From Blepharisma stoltei ATCC 30299 (Eukaryota; Protista; Ciliophora): a DNA stretch of 64,000 bases. A program made the position numbers and the translations under genes. The stretch covers positions 62,001-126,000 of the forward strand of contig CBFDEM010000010.1 of the NCBI GenBank assembly GCA_965603825.1, written 5' to 3'. Within the stretch, counting starts at the first letter, position 1; every line of letters begins with the position of its first letter. Below the pieces are notes generated by a model. The model searched no databases. It was not told where the DNA came from and saw only the letters and a program-made list of their open reading frames with translations. This document shows, piece by piece, positions 1 to 11,685 of this stretch.

Positions 1-590
1 GAATAAAATATTTGGCTTCGTCTCTCTTCAGATTATATGAGAAAGACTGATAATTTTGCGAAATCATCAACACTTAGAGGCACCTAAATCCTTAAAAACA
101 ATTGTTTCAAAGTGCTTTTTTGTAAAATGGCCTTTGATTTTTCATCAGTTCTCCAGTAAAAGTGATGGGACTGCTTTGTAGTTATTTTATTAATGATGCT
201 ACTAGCTTTACGAATCAAAGCTAAAATGAGTTACAAAATTTATTCAGAAAAAAATTAAAGAAAACCAGTGAAGAAAAAAAACTCAGAATTTTTACGAAGA
301 ATCAGAAGCTTGAAAACCTTGACTTTATAATAGCCATCAGCACCATCTAATAAAATTTTGGTTCAAAACTCCTTAATTATCGTTGATTCTTCAAAAATTA
401 TTCAATAATGCACTAAGCTTCACTAGCAGTAATAGCAAGAAATCCTAAGTATCAAAAGAGTTCCAGCTTTATAATGCTAAATTTTAAAATAGCTTAATTG
501 ATAAATTAAAATAATTGCTAACTAATTAATCCTGAAGACTTCCTACAAATCATTTGGCAAGAAATACATATTTTCTTAAAATTTTCTAAT

Positions 591-2216
591 ATGGGAGTTT
601 GCTGCACTGCAGAACACAAGTTGCGTAGTCCATCATCTGGCACTTTGATTCCAAAATCAGAAATTTCACAACTAACACGACTTGATAGTAATAATCAACT
701 AGGCATCGCAAAACATTATGAATTTTTAAAAGTCCTTGGGTACGGACAGTTTGGAACAGTGCGAGAAGCTTATAAAATTGAAAGAAGCCCTATGCATAAT
801 GATAATGACTCAACTAAATTCAAGAGATATGCTGTTAAATCAATAAATAAGGATCGAGTCAAAAAAGGGATCAATATGCTGAAACGCGAGTTAGAAACTT
901 TACAAATATTAGACCATCCCAATATAGTAAAACTCTATGAAATTTACGAAGACAGTAAGTATATTCACTTGGTTATGGAGCTATGCACAGGAGGAGATTT
1001 ATTTGATCATTTGATATCTAAAGGGTATTTAATTGAATCGGAAGTTGCACAAATCATGAGAAAAATGCTTTCAGCAGTAAACTATTTGCATAGCCTACAC
1101 ATCTGCCACAGAGATATTAAGCCAGAAAACTTTCTATTTACAGCACAAGATGATCTTTCTGAAGTAAAATTAGTTGATTTTGGGATGTCAGTTAAATTTG
1201 GAGATGACGGGATGGATACAATGCTAGGAACACCTTATTATCTTGCTCCTGAAATATTAAAAGGTAGATACGGCAAAGAATGTGATGTATGATCATTTGG
1301 AGTCGTAATGTATTATTTATTGAGTGGGAAACAGCCATTTAAAGGTGCCAATATACAAGAATTATTCCAAAACATAAGGGTTGGAAAATATGCTTTCGAT
1401 GACGACAGATGGAATAATATTTCAATAGCAGCAAGGCAGCTTATCTCAAAAATGCTCACAGTAAACCCTGAAGCCAGGATCTCCATTTCCAATGCCCTTA
1501 AGCATGAATGGTTTACTTCATATTCTCAGGACCAACAGACAGGCATAAAAATTGAGCTTTTTAACTCAATTAAAACATTTAAACGGCAAAGCAAGCTTTG
1601 AAGAGAAGCTATGAAAGTTTTCGTAAGGAATTTAAGTGAAGAACAGCTAGAAGAGCTTCATCATGCATTTGATGAAATTGATAGATCTAAAACAGGAGTC
1701 ATTACCCCTTCAGATATAGAATGTGCAATGAGGAGAAATGGCTATGTCATTGCTATGGATGAGTTCCAAAAATTAACAAGCACAATCCAAGACATCGGAC
1801 AAGGCCGGCTAAACTATACACAATTTTTAATTGCTGCAATGGATAGAAAACGACTGATGAACGAAGAAGGCATGTGAGATGTCTTTAGGCATTTTGACCT
1901 TGATGGAAATGGGGAAATCACTGTTAAAGAGCTGAAATATGCTTTGGAAAAAGCAGGCTGCTGCGTAAGTGATAATGATTTTCAAGAAATTATTGAGGAG
2001 TTTCACTTAAAAGGAGGGGATAGTATGGGGTTCGATAAATTCAAGGAAATTATGATGTGTAAATTTTATTTAGGCTTTTCAGAAGAAAATACACCAGCTG
2101 GGACTGAGCATGAAGAAGAATATGGGGAAAGAAGAGTCACGAGAAGGCTGTCAATGAGAAGAATTACGATCAGAAGGAATAGTTTGTTGACAGAACAGAA
2201 TCCTTCAAAGATATAG
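591..2216 (+). CDS. Calcium-dependent protein kinase (kinase plus EF-hand domain)
   Basis: GYGQFG, HRDIKPEN, DFG, APE and EF-hand loops. Four ORF pieces join in one frame through TGA=W (ECDV-W-SFG at 1290, also 1599 and 1875). N-terminal MGVCC acylation motif. Probable intron 2059-2073. Confidence 0.93.
2059..2073 (+). other. 15-nt intron (in-frame, no stop)
   Basis: gtaaattttatttag matches the consensus; not required to keep the ORF open. Confidence 0.7.
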
Positions 2217-2291
2217 AGAGATTTTTTTAATTTTATGTCATATCTAAGATGCAATATCTTTATTTTTAATAATGATGCTTTGAATGAAGTA

Positions 2292-3776
2292 TTATTTAAT
2301 AGTTAAGACTTTATAAGGGTTCAATATTCCAGCTGGATCATAGGCTTTCTTTATTCTTCTCTAAATATTATTTACCATTATTTCAATTTCTTCAGAAGTC
2401 CTTGCATACTTTAATTTGTCCTTTTTTTGAAGCCCAATACCATGCTCTGCGCTGACGCTTCCAGATATTTTCTGTAAATATTCAAATAAAAAATTATTGA
2501 CGCGCTCTCCGACATTTTTTGCTATTTCTTTAGGAACTGCTATATTTATATGCAAATTGCAATCTGCAATATGTCCAAAGCCGATAGTTATTCCATCATC
2601 CCCTACAATTTCTCTAACATCTTCAACAGTTTTATAATATAAGGCATGAGGAGTGCTGATATCAAACTTAAAACACTATATAATCTTTACATATCCAGCC
2701 CTTGCTGCAGCAGGCCCACAGTTTTCTCTAATATTCCATAGATCCAGCATTTGTTTTAAATCTCTACAAACTATCCCATCCAACGCACACATTTTCATGC
2801 AATTTTCAATGAAGATTTCCATTTTTTCTTTATCATGAGTCTGATTTATTCCTAAAGTTTCAACAAGCACATAAAAGCCATAAGATTTCTCAAAAGGCTT
2901 TTTAAATCTTGGGATATATGCTGAAACCAAATTGTAAGACTGCTTGTCCATCATTTCAAAAGCAGACAAAATTTCTCCTAAAAATTTTCTGGCTAAGCCA
3001 AGAATTTTCAAAATATCATCAAAATTATTGCAAGCCAAAAATGCTACATTTTGAGACGTAGGCTTGGGGGAAAGCTGGATTTTAGCTGCAGTTATGACAC
3101 CTAAAGTGCCTTCTGAGCCTATAAATAAATGATGGAAATCAATCGCAGCCTTTTTTCTGCTTGGATAGTCCATTGTGTTTAAAATGTCACCATTTCCTGT
3201 CACTACTTCTAACCCAATAGTAGTCTCATGTAAAGACTTGTATCTGATAAACCTATTCCCTCCAGCATTTGTTGAAATATTTCCGCCAATAAAGCAGGAT
3301 CCTTTAGCGCCCAAATCTAAAGGTACCACAAATCCTCTTTCTTCTGCATAATTTGATAAGGCATCCAAAATAGTGCCACTTTGGCAAGCAACGATTCCTT
3401 GGTTTTCGTCAAAATCGAATATGTTATTCATTTGTGAAGTATTTAAAATAATTTCGTCAAATACAGGCACACTTCCCCCTACAAGTCCAGTATTTCCACC
3501 CTGAGGGCAAATAGGAAGCCTTTCTTGTTTGCAGTATTTAATAATCGCTTGCACTTGCTCTACATTTGTTGGTTTTAGCATAAGCGTGCTTTCTCCCTTA
3601 AAAATCCCTATATAATCAGTATTATGAGAGCTTAGATCTGCTTGGATTATTCCAGACTTAGGGAGAATTGACTCAAAATAAGATAAATCTGCTGCAGAAA
3701 GTGATTTGTGGTTGAGTTTATCAGCAGGTGTATAAAGCGATGCAAATTTTCTGGATAATTTGATTAGTTTGTGCAT
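2292..3776 (-). CDS. D2HGDH: D-2-hydroxyglutarate dehydrogenase (FAD-linked oxidase), mitochondrial
   Basis: PQGGNTGLVGGSVP, DLGAKGSC, GSEGTLG, GSVSAEHGIG and DPAGILNPYK motifs. Introns 2676-2690 and 2361-2375 remove in-frame stops. Likely start MHKLIKLSRK. Confidence 0.92.
2361..2375 (-). other. 15-nt intron
   Basis: gtaaataatatttag; removal restores the RRIKKAYDPAGILNP C-terminus. Confidence 0.9.
2676..2690 (-). other. 15-nt intron
   Basis: gtaaagattatatag; removal joins GY to CFKFDIS. Confidence 0.9.
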
Positions 3777-3801
3777 AATAAATTGATATTCATTATTATT
3801 T

Positions 3802-5085
3802 ATGATAAATCTTACACACAAGCTCCTTAGAAGATATGAAGGCAGTCTCATGCCTAAAGATGTTGTAATAAAAAGATTCCAGCTGAAAACTGCCACAGCT
3901 CATGTTTTTGGTGTGGAGAGGTGAAATGGTGCCCACGCATTATGGCTTAATGACGCTCTAGGTGCAATTTCCCCTAAATGCATTATAACACAATTACCGG
4001 CAGATTTACCATGATTCATCAAAGCAGATGAAAACGTGAATCTTGAATGGACAAATTTTCTGAAGACAGGGAAAGGAAGATTTTTATGCAGCCCAAGGCC
4101 AAAATATTTACAAGATATTATATTAAATGCTGAAAGACTATCACATTTTATGATAGGAGCTGTTCTCAATTCTCCAGAAGAACTCACCAATATAAAAAGC
4201 ATAATGTATACGAATACTCATGATAGCTTTATACCTGAAGAAAGTGACCCAATGAAACCAGATAGTTTTACTACAACTTTATTATGGGCAGCCAGCAACC
4301 CTTCAAGACTTGACTGTTTAATTCCTTTTGATTTACCTGAACTTATATATAGAGACCAAATAGCTAGAACTATCGATCTAAATACTCTTAGAGAAGCTTT
4401 AAAAACCTTACTAGGAGAATTTGAAAATGAGAAAAAATATGACCTGAGGTTTGTAAACCCCCAAATCTTTATAAACAACAAAGTAAATTATATGGCAGAA
4501 ATCATAAAGCAAACATTAATAACATACCAAGATAACACAATAGTGGTGGCAGTTGAAAATAAATTAGTCGATCCACTAACTGAGGCATGAAAAAATGTCC
4601 CATATGATTCTGTTTCTTTTGACGAATTTTTAACTATTCCTAAAATGGACAAAGATACGACTTTTTCTAATTACATAGAAAAGCACGTCCTGCTTGACAT
4701 TCTCCTTGGTACATATATAAGCCAATTTTATATCAAAAACAAATTATTCCCTTATTCAGCACATGGAGCTGTTGGGTCTGAAGGACAAAGTTATAGTACA
4801 GCTCTTGAGTTTTGGAAAAATTTTTTTATGCAGCATTCTGAGGAATTGAAAAAAACTTTGGCGATTTATAGAAAAATTGATAACTCTGATATGGGAAGGA
4901 AATTTAAAAAGATGGAAAAGAAAATTAGAGAAGAAAAGATTAGGGATGTTGAAATAGAAAAAGAAGCCAAGAAATACTCGAAGATAACTTCAGATGAAGA
5001 AGTAGATGTTAACGAGCCACAATATCAGAGGAAAATGAAAGAATATATAAAAAGATCGAAGCGTGAGCAAGAAGAAAGCGATTAA
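3802..5085 (+). CDS. Hypothetical protein, possibly mitochondrial
   Basis: One open frame from ATG 3802 (MINLTHKLLRRY) through TGA=W at 3922, 4012 and 4588; charged C-terminus. Confidence 0.75.
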
Positions 5086-5365
5086 TTTATGTGAGGATTA
5101 TTAAAAGTTTAGGGTAGTTAATTATTATTTTGTTTTTACTTATAAAAATGAGATTAATAACAATTGAATTTATTTGAAAGATAATTTATCTAACAATGCA
5201 ATCCATAAAGAACCAATATTATTATAATTATCAATTGAGATCTGAAATTTTCTTATGCCAAAATTATCCTACAATGCTAAATTTATTTGCTATACTTTAA
5301 GTTATGCTAAGAAATGATATATGAAAGCCAATTAAATTAATTACCTTCAACTTCATAGCAAAAAT

Positions 5366-6013
5366 TTATGCACCTGAAGAAATTGGTCTCTTTGTCCTTA
5401 TATGGTCAGTTCTCGATTTAACGTTCTGGAACTTTTTCATTTTGAACTCTGATCTCTGGGTTTGCTCTTGTGATGATTTAATAGCAGCGGCCATCTTATC
5501 AAACCCTCTTGTGCTTCTTGGTTGCCAATTTTTCTTTTTTATACTAGGATTGTAGCTATATTCTTGATTTTTTATTTCTACAGCCACAGTTCCAAAATAA
5601 TTTTCCAATACTGCGCCTATCGGAGTGCTCGGTCTATTTGGTTGTCCAAATACAATATCCGGGATTTTTAATTCTTTAAGGCGTCTTCCAGCTGTAAGCT
5701 GAATTCTTGGATCCATAGTTTTTCTAAAAGTCCTTTGATCAGATGCTTTTGTGAATCCCCCAGTTACGCTCATTGCATTAAGCTTTTTAAAATCTCTATC
5801 ATTTGGCACGTCTTTGGTTGGGTTATGGATTTTTCATGAAGAAACTAGTTTCCCTGCGCCTTCATCATCTGCTCCTACTTTTTTCCCATATGTGAAATCA
5901 GTAGGTGGAAGTGTCCTTGTGCTTGGCTTGGATTTTCCGACATCGTCTTTTACCAGGAGGTAATTGTTGGTATTTTTAATCATCGCATAGTAATTGTGTT
6001 GTAGGGCTTCCAT
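5366..6013 (-). CDS. CFAP77: Cilia/flagella-associated protein 77-like
   Basis: LLVKDDVGKSKPSTRTLP..FTYGK..EGAGKLVSSW..RDFKKLN..FGQPNRPSTPI motifs; extends upstream of the track ORF through one TGA. Confidence 0.8.
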
Positions 6014-6149
6014 AACTGTAATTTATATGGATGAGTTTTATGATTAATTAAATCTTATTTATAGTTTGGATAAGATGATTCAATCTAGCTATATAATAAT
6101 CTTTGTTTATATATATTAAAAATACTCAATTAAAAATTTATGGCAACGG

Positions 6150-8552
6150 TTAAGATCTGCCTGAGCTTTTAGCTCTTCTAAGTTTAGCTGGAGAAGGGCT
6201 TTTTGACTCAATATTCCTAGATTCGATTGCAATACTTTGATTGACCTGCTTCTTGGCTGAAGCTAGCTTTTCACTTGCTAAGAAAGTCTTAGGTTCTCTT
6301 ACAGGGGCTTTTGGATATTTAATATCATTTAATGTCTGTTTTTTCTCTTCAAGCTTTTTCTTTATATAGCTTAATGTACTCTCTGCATTTCTTTTTGCAG
6401 TTTCTTCCCTCTCAAGTGCTTCTCTGAAATTATCTACAGTCACTTGCACTTGACCTCTTTTCAAGCTAAGCTCTTCTTTTATATGCATTTCTATATAAAA
6501 TTTACTTTCTTTTTCCATCAGTTTATAAGCTGCAACTTCATTTGCAATTTTATCTCCCCATTCATTAACTTGCTTATCGCCATGCATTTTTTCTTTCTAT
6601 ATAATTTTTACATTTATTTCTAAATGGAAACAATCCAAGCTTTTGCTGAGCTCGATATTCACATCTCTGTATTTTTGTAGCTCGTCTGATAGCTCAAGAA
6701 ATCTTTGATTTTCTGCGTATTTTACTTCTTCATATTTTTCATTTATTTTTAAAAGTTTATTTTGCATTTCATCTTTTTCGCGTTTTTTTGATTCAATTTT
6801 TCCTTTAATTTCATCAATGACCCCTTCATCAAACTGTAAATTGTCAAGCTTTTCCTTAAGCTTAGGGACCAAACTCTTTTGGTGGAGCCTTTTATTATGT
6901 CTTAAATTCTGCTTAACATCGTTCAAATATTTAAAATTGATTGGGTTCATATCTAGATTTAGCCTCAAAATGTTTGAATTATATCTTGATACTTCGCTAA
7001 GAAGCTGCCCTGCAATATCTTTTATATTATTTTCCTTCAAATTCAGTTCTTCAAGCGTTTGATTAATTTTAAAAGCATTTGCTAGTGCAACGCCTCCTCT
7101 GTTTTTTATTCTATTTCCACTTAAATCTAGTATCTTCAGGGTCTGGTTTCTTGCTAATCCATTCGCTATAAGTTCAGTCCCAACATCATCAATTTCATTT
7201 AAGCTTAAATTCAATACTTTTAGCCCATGATTTTTTGCAAGCCCATCACACAGCATATTGATTCCTTCTGATCTAAGCTCACAACCTGATAGATTTAGAG
7301 AATTCAATTGAGTATTATCAGCTAAAAACTGTTGACAAGATGAAGAAAGCCCTGAGGAAAACTGATTCTTTTCTAAATTCAAGGACCGTAGCTGTGTATT
7401 TCCTCTTAACGCTGCAAATAGTCTTAATAATCCTTTCGTTGTGATTTCGTTTTTTGATAAATCTAAACTTTCCAGTGGGCAGCTTCCATCATATCCTCCT
7501 GCAAGCAAATTCGCAAATAACTCGCACCCATCGTATCCGAGTTTGTTTTGAGATAAGCCTAGAGATCTTAAAGAAGAGGACACTATAGACAAAGAAAGTT
7601 CTTCTAAGCACTCGGTTCCTAATCCATTATTAGAAAGATTTAAGGAAACTAGAGAATGATTTCCTTTTAATCCTTCAATAATGTAAGATACCCCATCATT
7701 TCCTATAGAAGTTCCACTTATATTGATAAACCCAAGAGTGCTATTAGTCTGCAAAGCTTTTTGAATTGCAATTGCTCCTGGGACTCCCAACCTATTTCTA
7801 TGCAGTCCTTCATGTGAAGACAAGTTCAAGCTCACAAGACTAGGATGGCTTGCTGCTATAGTAATAATCATAGCTGCTCCTTCAGGAGTTATATCGTTAC
7901 TGCTCACATCTAAATGCACCAAATACATATTCTTACACAGCATTTTCGCTAAAGCAACCACTCCCTCATCACCCATCATATTTTTCTGCAGTTCTAAGTA
8001 TGCAAAATTACTATTGTGAGCCAAAACCTCTCCAATAGCTTTAGCAGCCTCAATTCCTATCCCAGACTCATTCAGTTCAAACTTTCTATTCATAAAATGC
8101 TTTGAGCAAAAGCTAAAAAAGTTCCTTTCCTGGTCCAATAATACCGGTATATGGAGATCGTGGCATTTTGCTTCATAAATGCGGTGCAGTTGAAAAGTTG
8201 TGAGCCCAGTCGTTGAGAATTTTTCTGGAGAACTAAAAGCGCGTGGATATAGAGAAGATATAGAAACAGTTGAAGGGCGACAGGGTGGGGTATCTCGTGT
8301 TTCAGTTGTTTTCATTCTTCGTCCGAAAGGAGATTGGTTGCCAGATCGGCTTGTGCTTTTGGTGTTAAAATCTGATACAAAGTAGGGAATTTTTCGACGT
8401 TTAGAGATGTCTGTACTTTTTGGTCGAGATTGACGGGAAAAAGAGTGGTCGGTGCCTCGGGTTGAGAAAATATTTTCTAGTTTGTTTCAGGAAGACTCGA
8501 TTGTATCTTTGCGCTTGTAGGAATCGTCAAGTTGGGAGTTAAATGAACTCAT
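6150..8552 (-). CDS. RNI-like leucine-rich repeat protein with C-terminal coiled coil
   Basis: Many LxxLxLSxNxI repeats. Frame open from ATG 8552 with one TGA. Intron 6597-6611 links it to the 6150-6587 ORF. Confidence 0.88.
6597..6611 (-). other. 15-nt intron
   Basis: gtaaaaattatatag removes the TAG. Confidence 0.88.
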
Positions 8553-9259
8553 TAGATTATTTTTTAAATGGAAAGTAAAGAAAGAACGATAAAAGGGTAA
8601 TAATTTATTGGCTATTTAACAATTCCATTTTATGCATTAGGCTTTGATAAAGGCAGGATAATACTAACAGCTTTAGATTTTTTGTACATTTATATAAAAA
8701 GATAGATCAATTGATATTCCTGAAGTAGTGCTTCAATAAAATGACAAAGAAGCAGTTTACTGCTTAATTCTTACCAAACTAAATTTCCTTTAAAAATTGA
8801 TTTAGGCATATCTATTGCATAATTTTAATTTAAATTTTGAGAAAGGCTCATGATATTCTGCTCTTATAATGCTACGATTTAAATTTTAACCATTTTTAAT
8901 ATTTTTTATGACTCCAATTAAAATCATTGTATTCTTCCTATCAAAGTAGAATAATGAAAATTATTTTTATCCTTATTTTATATCTATAATCGCCTTCAAA
9001 AACTATATTTCTGATCCTTAATTTTTTGCAAATAATAATTAAAAATTTAAAGTTAAATTTCGCTCAGATTTTTTCAGTTTTGAAATAGCTCGCTTGAATG
9101 ATAATACAGAAATTTTTATTTAAAATTGATTTGATTGGGTCTTTTTCATCAAATTGCTGGGTAAGATTATAGAATAAGAAACTTCATTTCTAACAATATA
9201 GGAAATCCCCAATAAAAACTTATTTTCTTCTGGACTTGATAAAATCTCTTAGGTATAAA

Positions 9260-9896
9260 AAATACTATAATGGCACATTGATTGCATTTTCTGGTTATAT
9301 GGTGCTCAATATATGAGCTTTCATGATTATCAAATTTTCATATTGATTTCATCAGCAATCATCCAGAAAAGTCCTGATATGAAGTTTATTTAACTCATTG
9401 ATTTGTCTCAATGACTCCGGTTTTGAATGTCATAAAAATATCCAATATATACACAATGGAATTATCGATGAAATAACACTTTGCTTGCAAACAGCAATAT
9501 CAGTTCCAAACTTATTTGAATTTTTACTAATCACCTTTAAATCGTTTACATTTATTTCTTCTTCTAACCTCATCGTCTCAGAGCTCAAGGACTCGTAGAT
9601 TTCTCGAACTTTAGGATACGAGATCTCCATTGTTTGCATCTTTTAGGATATGGAATATTTTTTATCATATTCATACTCAACTTTATTTTCCCTTATTTTG
9701 CTGACTATCCAGATTTTCTTCATAAAGATTGCTTTCATTTGTGTACAGTTATTGCATATTCTTCTTCATTTTCATTAATATATTCTTCATTTGAAGTTGC
9801 TAAATAAATATTTGTAAATTTTTCTTCTACTTCTTTCTTATATTATTCCATCGGATTTTTAATTTGTTCACTCTTTCTTGATCCAAAATACCCCAT
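9260..9896 (-). pseudogene. Possible decayed gene fragment
   Basis: Coding-like Glu/Lys-rich stretches (MGYFGSRKSEQIKNPME*YKKEVEEKF; EIYESLSSETMRLEEEIN) broken by TAA/TAG and frame changes, inside an unusually long intergenic gap. Confidence 0.3.
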
Positions 9897-9937
9897 CTAC
9901 TGAAAATAAATAATTAGGTATCTTAAATAATCCAAAA

Positions 9938-10900
9938 ATGGAAAGAACGGTGCCCATTAGAGCTCGCGTCAATGATCAGCTGATAACAATTGAAAAACTT
10001 CCTACATCATGGGAAGAATTGTTGAATGCTATTCACTTCCTTGGGCACGCGTACAATTTTACCGTCTTTTGGAATGACCATCCAATCACCTCTACCAGAG
10101 AGCTAGTCTTGTCTTACCTCAATAACAAAGCTGAGGAGATCGTTTTTGAAGCCAGACAAAACCCAAATCCAATGACAACTATGGATGAATCTGTAAAAGC
10201 TGACTATGAAAACATGATTTCTCAGTTTACTAAATTTTCTACCAGCGACGAAGCTCCTGTAGAGCCTTTAACAACCACAAACGGAGTTTTATCAAAGGAA
10301 GACTTGCTTTTGGTCATAAGAAACCTCACATTAAAAGCAAAAGATAAGCTTTTTGAAAGTGGAAAAAAATTCATTGCAAAAAGACAAGAGTTTTACGGAA
10401 ATGATGAGGAAAAATACAGAGAAGTTGTGATGGAGCAGCTTCAGTTCCAAGAACTTCTGATTATGACTTGCTCAGCTGAAGCTATACAAAAGCATGGAAT
10501 TTCTAATGAAATTTTCGAAAATTCAATAAGAAAATACGGAAGTGATGGAGAAATTAAAGAAGCCCTTGAAAACATGTCAATTGAAGCAATTCAAGGAGCT
10601 GGGGACGTTCCTGAAGATTTATCTGAAGATAAACTAAAAGAGATGCTGCTTTATTCGTGTGACTTCATCACAGGATATATAACTGAGCATCCACAAATAA
10701 ATCCTATGGAAGTGATGATCCTAAAATCAAGAGAGTCAGATGAGGTTATGAAAAGATTTGGTTATGATGAATTACAAATTTCTGCAGCAATGACAAAATA
10801 TCAAATCGAAACAAACCCTAATTTCGGAGAAATAAGAACCAAATTGAATGAAGTCACTGTTAAGCTTTTTGGCTTCAACCCTATGGAAATGCAGAGATAA
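9938..10900 (+). CDS. Hypothetical acidic helical protein
   Basis: Uninterrupted 320-aa ORF with normal codon usage. Confidence 0.8.
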   Translation: MERTVPIRARVNDQLITIEKLPTSWEELLNAIHFLGHAYNFTVFWNDHPITSTRELVLSYLNNKAEEIVFEARQNPNPMTTMDESVKADYENMISQFTKFSTSDEAPVEPLTTTNGVLSKEDLLLVIRNLTLKAKDKLFESGKKFIAKRQEFYGNDEEKYREVVMEQLQFQELLIMTCSAEAIQKHGISNEIFENSIRKYGSDGEIKEALENMSIEAIQGAGDVPEDLSEDKLKEMLLYSCDFITGYITEHPQINPMEVMILKSRESDEVMKRFGYDELQISAAMTKYQIETNPNFGEIRTKLNEVTVKLFGFNPMEMQR

Positions 10901-10934
10901 ATTAAAAAAATAATCAGTAAATAAGTCCATAAAT

Positions 10935-11570
10935 ATGAGATCGAAAAGCACCAGTTTAAGCCAAATCGCGATGCATGGAAACGAAAAACCAGTTTCAAAA
11001 ACGATAAATATAAATCAAATGCATTTAAATTCTTATCAAAGCGTAGGAGTGATAGGAATTGATGATATGAGAAATTTCAAAAATTTTGAGGTGCGCTATT
11101 TTCCTAAAATTATGTCTCAGAATTCGACTCCTACATGGCCTTACATTATGCCAAGGCCTAATTTACTGCAAAATAATGCAGATAACTTACCCATTCAGCT
11201 TGCTGTTAGTAAAAGCGAGCAAGCGGTTTCATTATTCAAATCAAGTAAAAAGAATAGAAAAATCAGCTTACCAAACATAAAATCAAAAGGATCATTATTT
11301 AAAGAAATGTTTAATGAAGAAAATAAAGCCATAGAGAGATCACTCTACTTCTCGAGAAAACCAAGATTTGTTGATTTTAAACCTTATGGTTTAGAAGACT
11401 TCAAAAAAATTTCACAAAAAAACTGTAAGATGCTTGGAGGACTTGGGCCAGTAAATGTTGGTAGAGATGATTGAATAAAAAGCACTAAAAAAATGAAAAT
11501 TGTAAGAGACTATAGTAAATCTGTGCGTGATCTAAATATAAACGGCGATATTGACAATATAAATAATTAA
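10935..11570 (+). CDS. JHY-domain-like ciliary protein
   Basis: FKPYGLEDFK...LGGLGP...W motif; TGA at 11472 read as W, stop TAA 11568-11570. Confidence 0.6.
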
Positions 11571-11685
11571 AATCTTATAATATTAGAGTAAAAAATAATT
11601 GTTTTTTAATTATGCGAAATCTTATGTAATAAAATTTAGTAGTAAGAATATTTAAAAATACTTAAAGAAATTGATATCAATCGAG

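Noticed and set aside
2214-2216. TAG read as Gln (old NCBI Blepharisma code table)
   Set aside because: Every other in-frame TAG in conserved genes lies inside a removable 15-nt intron. Read-through here would only add an AT-rich tail running up to the convergent gene.
11502-11515. Possible intron gtaagagactatag in the JHY-like gene
   Set aside because: Only 14 nt, and the frame is already open without splicing.
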